Shown in pieces: positions 1-10,040 of a stretch of 64,000 nucleotides of DNA (position 1 is its first letter; each line of letters opens with the position of its first letter). The stretch is from NCBI GenBank assembly GCA_963799485.1, contig CAWCXJ010000013.1, positions 1-64,000 of the forward strand, written 5' to 3'. Under the pieces are notes generated by a model. It made no database searches and was not told the DNA's origin. It saw nothing but the letters and a program-made list of their open reading frames with translations. The DNA is from an uncultured Trueperaceae bacterium (GTDB lineage: Bacteria; Deinococcota; Deinococci; Deinococcales; Trueperaceae). The position numbers were made by a program, and so were the translations under genes.

Positions 1-629
1 GTGGTTTTGGTTTTGCTATCCAGCGCGTTTCTAGCTTGCACCGCCAAACCGTATTTGGCGAACCAGTTGAAGTCGTCGTTGCTGATAATGACAACCTGCT
101 CGGCAAGGCGGTTTCTGCTGTCTCCGTGGGGGATGAGTTTTTGTAATTCTTTTGCGACGCCATCATCGTCATCAATCTCGCCCGCAACCGTAAAACTACG
201 CTCTTCTAAAAAGAGCTTTTTATCCTTGATATTTTTAGCCAACGCCTCCTTGCTACCGACATTCGGCACCGTAAACGAGGCGCTTTCAGCGTCTCCGCGC
301 ATCAAGTCGCGCTTTAAGCGCTCGAGCAGATGCGGACACGTCACCCATTTGTAGGCGCTACTTAAGCTGCGAACGGGCAACAGCACAAGGCGTGCGTCGG
401 AGACAAGCAAATCCCCGGCATTCTCCTGCTTGCCGAAAACCTTATCGATATCGCTACTTTCACGCTGCTCAGCGGCGTCACGAAAAGCACCCTTAAGGCT
501 CGAGCCTGCGATAAACGGATAGTCCGTGGCAGCTTCTCGGGCTACGGGCAGGTCGATAGCCCCGGCGTTTTGCCCACTGCCGGGGTGGATAAAGGTTTCT
601 GCCAACATGCCAACAACTGCGTGTTTCAT
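1..629 (-). CDS. cmr4: Type III-B RAMP Cmr4 (Cas7 family); 3' end runs off the window
   Basis: Not in the ORF track. Manual translation from ATG 629 gives MKHAVVGMLAETFIHPGSGQNAGAIDLPVAREAATDYPFIAGSSLKGAFRD, a canonical Cmr4 N-terminus (IDLPxxRE, GSSLKG). ATGA overlap with the cmr3 stop. Confidence 0.93.
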   Translation of the reverse strand, partial: MKHAVVGMLAETFIHPGSGQNAGAIDLPVAREAATDYPFIAGSSLKGAFRDAAEQRESSDIDKVFGKQENAGDLLVSDARLVLLPVRSLSSAYKWVTCPHLLERLKRDLMRGDAESASFTVPNVGSKEALAKNIKDKKLFLEERSFTVAGEIDDDDGVAKELQKLIPHGDSRNRLAEQVVIISNDDFNWFAKYGLAVQARNALDSKTKT

Positions 630-1738
630 CTATGTACGTCCTCCCATAAGCCGATCAAAAGCTGTCCGTAACCCCAGGCGGTTTTTACGCCGATGTGTCC
701 ACCATGTTTTTTAAGAATTTCCGCTCTCTCGTCGGGCCTCGCCTCGAGAAACCAGGTGCTGCCCGCCGGTAGGTACGCTTGGAGCGGTAGAGGTTCTTTT
801 TTAAGTGAGTTCCAGCCGCCAATCATGACGGGTTTGCCGACGCACGCCGAGATGACCTTGCCGGGTAAGTCTGCCGGCTTGCCGTCGGGCGTTTTCCAGC
901 TGTCACCCTCGAGCCTGGCCGGAGTCATAAGCGTGACGGTATAGCGAATCGTGCCATTTTCAGGCAGCTTAGGTTTGTCGGGTAAGGTGAGCTTGTCTAT
1001 TTCCGTAAGCCACACCATCCGGCTTTCACCGCCCAAAAGCGCCGGGTTTTGCGGTTGCCAGTCCTCCGGTAAACTCGACACCTGCATTCCCAAACTGACG
1101 CCCTCTTGCAGGCGCACATGAGCGATGTTGTAAAGCGAGTCTTCCTTGGTCGTGCGGCTCTTCGGGTCGCGTTTGATGCCGACGCGGAGTTCGGTGTGCC
1201 AGAGCTGCGTTTTTGAAACAATGTGGGCGTCTTCAGGCTTTCCCCCGGCAAGCACGCGCTGCATCCCTTCACCCGTAAGGTAGCCGCCCAGCTCTTTAGC
1301 ACCATCAATGTCTTCTACTTTTTCAGGCAAGCGAGCCTGATCGATGTCCGTTTCTAAAGAAGCACCGGGGCGCAAGCGCGTGGTAAGCCATGTTTTGCTT
1401 TTGCCATCCTCCGTTTCTACGAGTTTGCCTAACAGATGTAGAGGAACCGGAAAGAGTATCTCGCCGTTACACAACAAGAAAGGGCCGTGAAAACTGAGCT
1501 GACCGAGCGTTTCGTGGTGGTTGCCTAAAACTTCTTTGAGCGCGTCGTCCCAGTCTTTTGATGACTCACCCGTCCAACCGTGTCCTCGAGCCAACGCCGC
1601 CCGCAGCGCCCCGACCACCGTCGTCGGTGAGGGGGGAAACGTCCCGACAACCTCGAGCTGCCCGGTTTCGCCCAGATTGAAGGGTCTGCCGTCGCGGAAA
1701 AAGAGCGTGTCGAGCGGGGTGAGCTTGTATGTTTTCAC
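626..1738 (-). CDS. cmr3: Type III-B RAMP Cmr3 (Cas5 family)
   Basis: PLDTLFFRDGRPF N-terminus, LGGESR, GGW..PLP..PAGS and C-terminal G-loop AWGYG; lies between cas10 and cmr4. Confidence 0.93.
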   Translation of the reverse strand: MKTYKLTPLDTLFFRDGRPFNLGETGQLEVVGTFPPSPTTVVGALRAALARGHGWTGESSKDWDDALKEVLGNHHETLGQLSFHGPFLLCNGEILFPVPLHLLGKLVETEDGKSKTWLTTRLRPGASLETDIDQARLPEKVEDIDGAKELGGYLTGEGMQRVLAGGKPEDAHIVSKTQLWHTELRVGIKRDPKSRTTKEDSLYNIAHVRLQEGVSLGMQVSSLPEDWQPQNPALLGGESRMVWLTEIDKLTLPDKPKLPENGTIRYTVTLMTPARLEGDSWKTPDGKPADLPGKVISACVGKPVMIGGWNSLKKEPLPLQAYLPAGSTWFLEARPDERAEILKKHGGHIGVKTAWGYGQLLIGLWEDVHR

Positions 1739-3627
1739 CGCTCTACCCCCCGACCTTTGCCCGCCAGAAAACGCACCAGCAACGCCCCGTCCGGTACCAG
1801 CGTTTGCTCGTCCGCTTTGCCCTGTTTGCGAACGCGGCAGACTTTTAAGAGGTCATGAACGTTTCGTTCTGCCGTTTGAGAATCTGCCGCGCCTTGGCGA
1901 TTTTTTTGGTACTCCGCTTTGAGAAACCAGAAATCCGCATGTTCCATGTCAAACTCGAACTTATTGGTTTTTTCATTGACCAGTACGCCGAGGCGTTCAC
2001 GCAGGTTGTAGAAGAACTTGCTCGAGAACTGCTCGTCGTCCCCAAAACGTTGGGATAAATCGTGTAAAACGTTCGTTACAGAGAAATTATGCTCGACATC
2101 ATGCCAGCTCGAGACCCACTGCACCGTTCTGCCGCTGCCCGTAAAAACCGACACCGCCAGACTGTCGCGCTCGTTTTGCGCTTTGGCAACGCTGTCGAGC
2201 TGATGATGCGCTTCTTTAAGCACCGCCCGTAAAGACAGCGTGTAGTGAGCAAAAATAACCGCGCCGGAAATAGTCGCTTGATGACCGGGAGGGAGCGCTA
2301 CCTTCTCAAAAGCCTCGAGATACGCCTTTCTCAACTTGTTTGCCGCAGCAAGGGCTTTGTCTAGTGGCAAGAGCGCCATCACATCGTCGCCGCCTGCATA
2401 GACCGTTTTGCCGCAGTACTCTCGGACGATAGTGTCTACTTGGTTTGTAAACCTCGAGAGTGCCCGAGACACCTCGGTTTCATCAGCTTCGCGCAGGAGC
2501 TTACCCAGGCTGTCGCCATCCATCAGCAGCAGCGCGTAAAAGGTGCTGGCGGGATGTCCGACTGCTTTATTGACCTTGCGAAGTTCGGCGGCAAGCTCGC
2601 GGCGCAGTGCCTCATCTTCCGGCTCCGAAAGCTCAGGCTTGAGCGGCGTGGCATTTTTGTTCTCGAGCGCCGCTTGCTGAAAAAAGTTACCGTCGAGTTC
2701 GGCAAATTTCCCTGCGTTCTTCAAGCAGGTCAGCCCTGTGTTGTATTTACCGAAAGCCCACTCGAGCTTAGCGTTTTCGACGACTTGCAGATACTTTTTG
2801 GCTTCGTCCGTTCGGTGCGCCGTCTCGAGCCACGGCACCGCCGCCATGTACGGCGTGCTGGGCCAGTTTTCAACGTCGAGATTCCAGCCGATAGCTTTAA
2901 CTTTTGGATAAAGGCGTTTGATAAGGGCAACCGCGCTGAGGCGTTCGTGTTCGCCTAGCTCGAGGGTGCTGAGGCGTCTATTTTTGCGCTCATCTTTCTG
3001 CTCGCGCAACGCATTCCAAAATTTCTTTTGCTCGTGCTTTTCTTTTGAACGGATAAACCCTGACAGCTCTTGCCAGTCGCCCATCAGCGTGCAGTGGTCG
3101 CCGCCCTCTTCGGGCGGGATATGCGTGCGCCAGTTTTTACGCCGGTCGAGCCAGGTACCATTCTCGTTCGCATCGTCCGAGTCACCCATAACCCACGTCA
3201 TGTCCCAAAACGCCTCGAGCTGACGATCCCAGATAGTCTGTGTGTCTATTCCATGTTCAGCGATATGAAAAACGTATTTGTACCAAACAGCGTCCGCCAC
3301 CTTTTTCCAGGCACCTCTAACTGCTTGCTCGCAGTGCTTAGGGTCAAAGTCGTCCGGCACGCTTGCTTTGAAGCGGTTGGGTAGTGAGCCGATTTTAGGG
3401 TTGTTGTGCGGCTCGCCCATGATGGCTTTAAGCAATTCATCAGCAGGGTTTTCTTTTGTGCCTACGTCTGGAAAGGTGATTGTGCCGCCTGCCTCAAATA
3501 CCGCTTTCATCGCCTGACCGCTCAGGTACGAGAGCAAGAACGAACCGGCCCAGAGATCTCTGGTGCGCCGCGCCTGCTCGACGAAGCTTTGGACGGGGCC
3601 GAGGGTGAAGTGGAGGGTTTTGGTCAT
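1735..3627 (-). CDS. cas10: Type III-B Cas10/Cmr2, no HD domain, cyclase motif intact
   Basis: Starts directly with GPVQSFVEQARRTRDLWAGSFLLS; has YALLLMDGDSLG and VYAGGDDV palm motifs; 630 aa. Confidence 0.95.
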   Translation of the reverse strand: MTKTLHFTLGPVQSFVEQARRTRDLWAGSFLLSYLSGQAMKAVFEAGGTITFPDVGTKENPADELLKAIMGEPHNNPKIGSLPNRFKASVPDDFDPKHCEQAVRGAWKKVADAVWYKYVFHIAEHGIDTQTIWDRQLEAFWDMTWVMGDSDDANENGTWLDRRKNWRTHIPPEEGGDHCTLMGDWQELSGFIRSKEKHEQKKFWNALREQKDERKNRRLSTLELGEHERLSAVALIKRLYPKVKAIGWNLDVENWPSTPYMAAVPWLETAHRTDEAKKYLQVVENAKLEWAFGKYNTGLTCLKNAGKFAELDGNFFQQAALENKNATPLKPELSEPEDEALRRELAAELRKVNKAVGHPASTFYALLLMDGDSLGKLLREADETEVSRALSRFTNQVDTIVREYCGKTVYAGGDDVMALLPLDKALAAANKLRKAYLEAFEKVALPPGHQATISGAVIFAHYTLSLRAVLKEAHHQLDSVAKAQNERDSLAVSVFTGSGRTVQWVSSWHDVEHNFSVTNVLHDLSQRFGDDEQFSSKFFYNLRERLGVLVNEKTNKFEFDMEHADFWFLKAEYQKNRQGAADSQTAERNVHDLLKVCRVRKQGKADEQTLVPDGALLVRFLAGKGRGVER

Positions 3628-4772
3628 GGCAGCACCTTCATGGAGTTTGAAAAACTATCAAGAAAGTTGTGAAGGGTTTGGAAATCGTTCGTCTCTTGTG
3701 AGAACTCTTGCGGCTCTAACCTTCTTCCATCATCGCTTACATCTTCAAGTCTAATCAGGTCTTCTTCGGGGAGGAACTTTGCGGGCATAACGGCTAAAAT
3801 TGCCGCATGCTGTCCCTTATCTAGTTCATGTGCGTGGATAAACAGGGGGCTGGCACGGCGATTGCGTTTCTCGTTTGTGCTGTTTACGTCAACTTTAACG
3901 TCGCGCCTTCTTCCAGCTTGGCGAAAAAAATAGTTGTGAGGTAAGCCAAAAAGTACTCGCTCTGGATGCTCTGAGACTCCGGCACCCTTTATAAAATCGC
4001 CGACCACTTTGTCTTCTAGGTTCATGCGGTACTCTTGCAGCGCTTTCCCGATGCTATCAAGTAATTTCAAAGGGTCTCTACCCGTTTCTACAACGCTTAT
4101 ACGGCAAGCTTTACTAAAAGCCGTGTACTCGGGCAACTCCTCTGAGTTTAGAGAAGTGGAAAGCACTTCTTTAACCAAACTTGCCAACCCTTTCTTATCC
4201 TTTGGAGGATGCCAGGATTCAGCACCACTCAGATTTATCAGGTTTACGCTCCCATAGCCTTTACGCGCTTTGCTACCTAACGCACCAAGTAGACCGAGTA
4301 TTTGAATGGCTTTGACGACCTCGCTTTTAGATTGCAGAGAAGTACCAGGCTTAAAGCGACAGATTAAGGTGAAGGTGAAAGGGGCGGGCAAACAGGCACG
4401 GAGAAGCTCCCCTCTCTGTGTCCCTCTTTCTCGGTTATTAGACGACTCGATAACTCCATAACCCAGATAGCGCGCCCCGCCCAGGCGCTCCAAGCCAAGT
4501 TCGACCTTATTTGGCCCTTTCTGTTGTGGAAGTTCTTTAACCTCGAGCCTCATCAACACCGCCGCTTGTCCCGTGTCGGTACTCCCAAAAAGCCTGTTTT
4601 CTTCTGTACGAATAGCCTGTAAATCCCCGCCGTGCCGCTCCCACGCCAGCGCTCGCCACCAAAACCTAAGCGCCCCCTTGATGCTCGGTAACCGCAGCTC
4701 GGCTTTCGTGGGCTCCGCGCCGCTCATAAACATCGGCGTCACGACTCTAAAGGTTGCCTCAATCGTTTCCAC
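3624..4772 (-). CDS. cmr1: Type III-B RAMP Cmr1
   Basis: VVTPMFMSGA, ELRLPSIKGALRFWWRA, LFGST, GALGSKARKGYGS, FGLPH and RRASPL motifs. Start set at GTG 4772, overlapping the cas4 stop, with GGAGG upstream. Confidence 0.92.
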   Translation of the reverse strand: METIEATFRVVTPMFMSGAEPTKAELRLPSIKGALRFWWRALAWERHGGDLQAIRTEENRLFGSTDTGQAAVLMRLEVKELPQQKGPNKVELGLERLGGARYLGYGVIESSNNRERGTQRGELLRACLPAPFTFTLICRFKPGTSLQSKSEVVKAIQILGLLGALGSKARKGYGSVNLINLSGAESWHPPKDKKGLASLVKEVLSTSLNSEELPEYTAFSKACRISVVETGRDPLKLLDSIGKALQEYRMNLEDKVVGDFIKGAGVSEHPERVLFGLPHNYFFRQAGRRRDVKVDVNSTNEKRNRRASPLFIHAHELDKGQHAAILAVMPAKFLPEEDLIRLEDVSDDGRRLEPQEFSQETNDFQTLHNFLDSFSNSMKVLP

Positions 4773-5311
4773 TACTCCTCCATCCCGCCGCTCCAGCAAA
4801 ACTCGGCGTAGGCGCAGGTTTTACAAAAGTGAAGCCACTCGGCTTTAGGCGGTTTAGGCTCCGCCACAAGGCCTTGAATAGCGTTTAGCGCCTCTAGAAG
4901 CCTATCCCTGACCTCATCTAAAACGACCCCCTGCCGCTTGCGCTCATCGGGAACGAGTACCTCGCCGGTCGCAGTAACCCCTTCTTGCTCCAAAAGCCAC
5001 AGATAGTAAGCGAGCTGCAAGCCGGCGGCTTCTAAAAACTTACTCGACTTTTTAATCTCTTGCAGCACCAGCTTACCGTCTTCACGCCGGATTTGGTCGA
5101 CGCGAACCCCACCGGGGAGGGTAATCTCTTTATCCTGGCGCTCGTAGTGGGCCTCGGTGTTGAGGCGGCCTAGAGCGAGCAGGTCGTTGTCGCGTTCGGG
5201 TTCGATTTGGTGGGCCATAAGCCAGCATTCGCGCGGGCAGATGGCGTAGTACCAGACCAAGGTGCCGGTGATAGACAAATCGTTTAGAGAATTGTCGTTT
5301 CGTCCTGCCAC
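4772..5311 (-). CDS. cas4: CRISPR-associated exonuclease Cas4
   Basis: ITGTLVWYYAICPRE, EIKKS, QLAYY and C-terminal CKTCAYAEFC Fe-S cysteines. Start uncertain. Confidence 0.93.
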   Translation of the reverse strand: MAGRNDNSLNDLSITGTLVWYYAICPRECWLMAHQIEPERDNDLLALGRLNTEAHYERQDKEITLPGGVRVDQIRREDGKLVLQEIKKSSKFLEAAGLQLAYYLWLLEQEGVTATGEVLVPDERKRQGVVLDEVRDRLLEALNAIQGLVAEPKPPKAEWLHFCKTCAYAEFCWSGGMEE

Positions 5312-7827
5312 TTGAACCCCGTCTCTAAATCGTAATAGTGTGGCTCATCTGCATAAACGTCGCCTATATGAACATGAAAGTGCTCTGCAATCGTGTCTTC
5401 TTTGGTTCGTTTGTAGGGTGGGTTCTTGTTAACCCGATATCTACTCGGCGTGACAATGTAAGCGCCTAAATCTCTGTAAGCCTCTTTGAACGCGTGTTTG
5501 TCGCCACCTTGTTTGTAAAGCTGCTCGAGCTTGCTCACGGCTTCCTTAGCATCTTCACTGAGTTCCACAATGACAGCTTCATTCTCATACTCCTCAATCA
5601 AGCTGTATTGGCTTACCGAGAGGGCATCATCAACAAAATGAAAATGGAGCTGATTGACTGCTCTGATAAAACCGTGAGATTTGTCTTCGCTCAGTCGTCC
5701 AGTCATGGCACCAAAGTATCTATCGATTGTCTCATAAAGTTTAGGTTCCTCAATCGAATCGGTCAGGATGCGGTTTGAAATGTCGGGAAGAATCTTCCCA
5801 TAAACGAGAACGGCGTCACTTCTCCCGCTCTCACGAGCGAGGTTCACGACGTACACAGCTTTGGAGCTTCCCTTTGTACCATTACGGTTGCAGCGCCCAG
5901 CGACCTGCACAACCGAATCTAGTGGACCCTGGTCTCGAATGACGATATCGAAATCCAAATCTACCCCTGCCTCGACAACTTGTGTTGAGATGACAATAGG
6001 TTTTCCGCCTCGATTTATGTAGCGCCTGAGTAAACGTATGCGTTGCTTGCGCTGCCAAGGTGTAATGTTTGTAGAGAGGTGGACGATAGGACATTTTCCT
6101 GTGAGGCGCTCTCTGCCTATTTCTCTGTATGGTGTAAAGCCAACTGCGCCATTTCCCTCTTTGTCTGTAAGTTTTTTGTAAAGCTCAACAGCACTGTGAA
6201 TCGTGTTCACAACGACCAGCATAGATGTCTCGGGCTTTTTTTGTCCGTCAATAAACTCTTTTAGTTGCTCGAGGTCGCAAATATCTTTCTTTGGTACAAG
6301 CTTCGTCCGAGAAAGCCCCTCAAAGTGCCTTTCAGGTCGCTCTAAAAGCTCTTTGGCTTTATGGTCTTTGAAAATGTGAGGTTGTGTTGCTGTCATTTGT
6401 AAAACGGTACACCCGAGATGCTCCGTAAGCGTCGCTAGAACATACTCAACCAGTCGCCACTGCTCGTAAGGAATGCTCTGAACTTCATCAAGAATAATGA
6501 TGCTGCCAGCGATGTTGTGAAGTTTTTTCAGCGCACGGTTTCTGTTCGTAATCAGGCTTTGTAAGAGTTGAACAAAGGTCGTGACTATAACCTCTGACTT
6601 CCACGACTCTGTAAGCAGTAGAGCATCATCGTTGCTGCGGTTTTCGTCTTCCTTAAAAGCTAACGGGGCAAGGTGATGATGCTTGAGAAGGTAATTGGAC
6701 TTTTCCGCCTTGAAATCCGCGAGCTGAGAGAGAACCTTTTTTGTTACGTCGTAGTTTTGGTCAATGATGTTGACGAACGGCAGTGCATAAATGATTTTCG
6801 GCGCGTGTTTAATGCCATGCTTGTTTTGAATGCGTTCACGCAAACGAAAGGCTGAGCCGAGCGCCGTGAGCGTTTTACCTGAGCCTGTCGGTGCGGTTAA
6901 GCTCAAGACAGCGGGGTAAAGCTCTTCAAGATTTCCAGTTTCGATAGCCTGAGTTGCTTCTACATAAACATCACGGCGAATATCGAAAAGCCTCTGCTGC
7001 ATTCTGGTCATATTTTCGGGTCTTTTTAAGGTCTTGATGTAGTCGTCAACGAGGTACGAGGGTAGCTCGAGCCGTTCCAACACCTCGGCATCCTTGCCTT
7101 GGCTTGCCGCTACAGAAATGTGTTTGTCAGCGTCAATGAGCGCTGAAAAGAGGAGGGTAGCTTGCCAGTAAAGGGCGACATCACTGTTACGTGTAAGCTC
7201 CTTGTAGTTTCGCCTCAACTCATCGAGAAGTTGCCACCAGTTATCTTGTTCCAGAAATGCTTCGACTTCGGGTACGCCTAGCGACTTCATCTCCTGAGTA
7301 ATTTGCGTGTGGTAAACACTATTTTTCAGATTTTCAATTTGTGCCTTTATAGCGCGTAGGTGCTCACCCTTGATAAAAGACGGCGGTGCTCCACCTATAT
7401 CCTCAAAAGTGGGGGCGTCCCTCAAATACTTGGCGCGAGGCAACACTTCGTTTGGTGTTACTAAGTGCCCATGATGCCTGTGAATAGCCAGATAGATAAG
7501 TAGCGCAGGTTTAGGGTTTTCTGGATACCGCTTCTTCGCTACAAACGCACCAAGGAGCGCAGAAATAAAGGCATGATTGCCGTAAGCCTGTTTTGGCGGT
7601 GCCTGCTTTTTAGGCGGTAACTTGTCCTGAAAATAGCTGGTGTACTTGCCAAAATCATGTGTGAGACCGCATAGCTCAGCCCACTCCGAAAGAACATCCG
7701 AATTCGGCAAAGCTGGAGAGCTTAAACTGTCTTTAGCTCTCGTAGCAACATGGCGAAGATGTACTTTAAGCTCTTCGGCTGGAATGACCCTGCCGTTTTG
7801 CTTCTTTTCCGGGCGGGCGCGAAACAT
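5284..7827 (-). CDS. cas3: Type I helicase/nuclease Cas3 (HD + SF2)
   Basis: HDFGK and HRHHG HD motifs, APTGSGKT, DEVQ, MTAT, STQVVEAGVDLD, QVAGRCNR. ATG 7827 (or GTG 7830) overlaps the cas5 stop. Confidence 0.96.
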   Translation of the reverse strand: MFRARPEKKQNGRVIPAEELKVHLRHVATRAKDSLSSPALPNSDVLSEWAELCGLTHDFGKYTSYFQDKLPPKKQAPPKQAYGNHAFISALLGAFVAKKRYPENPKPALLIYLAIHRHHGHLVTPNEVLPRAKYLRDAPTFEDIGGAPPSFIKGEHLRAIKAQIENLKNSVYHTQITQEMKSLGVPEVEAFLEQDNWWQLLDELRRNYKELTRNSDVALYWQATLLFSALIDADKHISVAASQGKDAEVLERLELPSYLVDDYIKTLKRPENMTRMQQRLFDIRRDVYVEATQAIETGNLEELYPAVLSLTAPTGSGKTLTALGSAFRLRERIQNKHGIKHAPKIIYALPFVNIIDQNYDVTKKVLSQLADFKAEKSNYLLKHHHLAPLAFKEDENRSNDDALLLTESWKSEVIVTTFVQLLQSLITNRNRALKKLHNIAGSIIILDEVQSIPYEQWRLVEYVLATLTEHLGCTVLQMTATQPHIFKDHKAKELLERPERHFEGLSRTKLVPKKDICDLEQLKEFIDGQKKPETSMLVVVNTIHSAVELYKKLTDKEGNGAVGFTPYREIGRERLTGKCPIVHLSTNITPWQRKQRIRLLRRYINRGGKPIVISTQVVEAGVDLDFDIVIRDQGPLDSVVQVAGRCNRNGTKGSSKAVYVVNLARESGRSDAVLVYGKILPDISNRILTDSIEEPKLYETIDRYFGAMTGRLSEDKSHGFIRAVNQLHFHFVDDALSVSQYSLIEEYENEAVIVELSEDAKEAVSKLEQLYKQGGDKHAFKEAYRDLGAYIVTPSRYRVNKNPPYKRTKEDTIAEHFHVHIGDVYADEPHYYDLETGFKWQDETTIL

Positions 7828-8585
7828 CACTTGAGAAACACCCCGATTTCGTCGGTGACGCTGCCTTGCACTTCATAGGTCACATGAAATGCAGGTCGGT
7901 TCAAGCGGGCGGTGATACCTTTGCCTGTTCGTTCGTAAAGAACGTCACAGATTGCCTCGAGCTTACGTTCGCGGTCTAAGGCAAGTGGGATACGCTCCTT
8001 GATAATTTGTGAACCGAGTATTAGCTCAGGCGCACCTTCTAAAGCCTGAACAGGTATGACGGTGGAGATTGGTGTCGCGTTCTCAAGTTGCTCGAGGGTC
8101 CAGTGCGAAATCGTAGCAACGTGTTCGACCTGTGCCAAGCACTCAGACATACCGAGGTATGGAGGGTAAATCCAAGTATCGGTTGTGAGTAACATGTCTA
8201 ACTTTTCAAGCCAGTGTCTATCTTCATGCGTCACGTAAACGCGGTAGCGCAACTTTGGGTTGTCAATCTCGGGAAAAATCCACTCAACAGGAATTTGTGT
8301 GCCGCCTTCACTACCGTCAAAATCTGAGGGAGATTTGGTCATCAGGTAGTTCACTGTCTGCATCACATGTCGCACGGGTATTCGCACCGAAACGGCGATT
8401 TTACACTGCTCGAGTCCTAAATCTTTCCTGTAGCTATCTCGCTCATAACCCATCAACCCTGCAACAAGTCCCGCAAGCGTCGAGCGTGGCGGAAAGGGGT
8501 AAGACAGCGATGACGAGTTCGTATAGAACTTGCGGAACATCGCGTAAGCCCCCGTGAGGTCGAAAATAATCAGTGGGTTCGGCAC
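7827..8585 (-). CDS. cas5: Type I-B Cas5
   Basis: AMFRKFYTNSSSLSYPFPPRSTLAGL and YPPYLG motifs. Confidence 0.93.
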   Translation of the reverse strand: MPNPLIIFDLTGAYAMFRKFYTNSSSLSYPFPPRSTLAGLVAGLMGYERDSYRKDLGLEQCKIAVSVRIPVRHVMQTVNYLMTKSPSDFDGSEGGTQIPVEWIFPEIDNPKLRYRVYVTHEDRHWLEKLDMLLTTDTWIYPPYLGMSECLAQVEHVATISHWTLEQLENATPISTVIPVQALEGAPELILGSQIIKERIPLALDRERKLEAICDVLYERTGKGITARLNRPAFHVTYEVQGSVTDEIGVFLK

Positions 8586-8589
8586 GGTG

Positions 8590-9552
8590 CTAAAATTGTT
8601 TCAGGCGCTCACCGAGCACATTTTTTAAGTCGTCCGCGAGGCTCGTTTCCAGCGAAGGGTGGAGAAATAAGTAAGCGTTTTGAATGTCGCCTTCGTGTTG
8701 CTCGACGCGGTTGACGAGCGAACTAACGTCAAGCGTGTAATCCTTGATGTCTCGGATGGTGTCTTGCAACTTGCCGCTTTTGGCAACGGGCGTAACGTCT
8801 TCGCGCATGTCTCCGAGCTTGGCGTTGATGTTCTCTTGGTACTCAACCCGTAGATAAAGCCTTGGCACTTGACCAATTTTGCTACGCGAAGTCGCTTCTG
8901 AAGGGAGCGCTTTAAGCATAGCGTCATCGAACGTTTGAATATCTTCGGCTTTTAACTCTGTGTGTTTAGCACGGTGGCGCGTCACAATGCCGTAAAAGCT
9001 AATGAGAGAATAGAGTACACGCCAATCTTTCCCGAACGTGCCGTAGTCGCCTTTATCTCCCGAATCTCTGCCCGCAAAGGTGCTCGAGATGGTCGCAGAC
9101 GGATTGATTTCAACCCGGTGGAGTGAGTAACCCCACGAGAACTGCACAGGTCCAGTAAAGGTTAAAGACGAACCAGACATCGGCATAGTTGCGCCGAAAA
9201 GACGGACATCGAGCAATCTCCCAAGCAACCATTTCTTGAAGTCGGCATCTTTGCTAGCAGCCTTCTCGGTCAGCTTTTTGCCACTGGGCGATTTTTCAAA
9301 CTGTTCGAGTAGACCCTTCATCCGGCCTTTGGCATCCGTAGTTGAGCCGTCATCATTGCGCCTAACCCAAATATCACTCTTCTCGTTATTTAGCCAGTAG
9401 TCACGCATGTAACGCTTTAAGCGCACGTCTGAAACGAGGTTGCGCCCTGTTGCGTCGTCCATACGTGGTTTGTTTTCTTCGTCGGGGTCGCCGTTTGGGT
9501 TGGCGAGTTTCGCGTCGTAGAGATACAGGATGTCGCTGTCGAAAATACTCAT
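8590..9552 (-). CDS. cas7: Type I-B Cas7 (Csh2-like)
   Basis: NPNGDPDEENKPRMD, VSDVRLKRYMRD, DVRLFGAT, TGPVQF and TSRSK motifs. Confidence 0.95.
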   Translation of the reverse strand: MSIFDSDILYLYDAKLANPNGDPDEENKPRMDDATGRNLVSDVRLKRYMRDYWLNNEKSDIWVRRNDDGSTTDAKGRMKGLLEQFEKSPSGKKLTEKAASKDADFKKWLLGRLLDVRLFGATMPMSGSSLTFTGPVQFSWGYSLHRVEINPSATISSTFAGRDSGDKGDYGTFGKDWRVLYSLISFYGIVTRHRAKHTELKAEDIQTFDDAMLKALPSEATSRSKIGQVPRLYLRVEYQENINAKLGDMREDVTPVAKSGKLQDTIRDIKDYTLDVSSLVNRVEQHEGDIQNAYLFLHPSLETSLADDLKNVLGERLKQF

Positions 9553-9554
9553 GC

Positions 9555-10040
9555 TTACTCTCCTTCAGAGTTGGGATTATCGGAACTTTCTCCGTCGGGG
9601 GGACGTGGGACACTAGTAATAGCTTGAAGAGTAGAATGTGAATAACCACTCAGGATGTAGTAGACGTTTTCATTGGGTGTAAGAGTCCAAGAGCCTGCGC
9701 CTTCGCTGAGTAATGTTTGCGCCTGAGCGAAAATTTTTTCGTTTCGAGCGTTGAGTAGCGGTTGACGCTGGCTGTCACGGTATTGTCTTAATTTGTCGAA
9801 AAGGTCTACCGCAAGCTGCTGAACTTTATTCAGGGTCATCCCTTGATAATTCAGTTTGTTCAAAATCGTTTTCTTGCCTCCTTTACCTTCCGAGCCGAGG
9901 CGGTATTGCGAGTTGGCTATTTCCCCGATAAGAACACCTAAAAGGTAGAGTGCGGTTTGATTTTGAGAGTAGCGTAGTTTCTCCAAATACTCTCTTTGCT
10001 TGTTGCTAAGGCTTAAATTGTCAAGATAGTTCAGTGACAC
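9555..10040 (-). CDS. cas11: Putative internally translated small subunit Cas11 (161 aa, in frame with cas8b)
   Basis: Minus strand reads AAAGGAGG-AAAAT-GTG; the GTG at 10040 is in frame with cas8b and starts the C-terminal helical domain. Confidence 0.7.
   Translation of the reverse strand: MSLNYLDNLSLSNKQREYLEKLRYSQNQTALYLLGVLIGEIANSQYRLGSEGKGGKKTILNKLNYQGMTLNKVQQLAVDLFDKLRQYRDSQRQPLLNARNEKIFAQAQTLLSEGAGSWTLTPNENVYYILSGYSHSTLQAITSVPRPPDGESSDNPNSEGE

Noticed and set aside
1..354. 117-aa plus-strand ORF
   Set aside because: Antisense shadow of cmr4.
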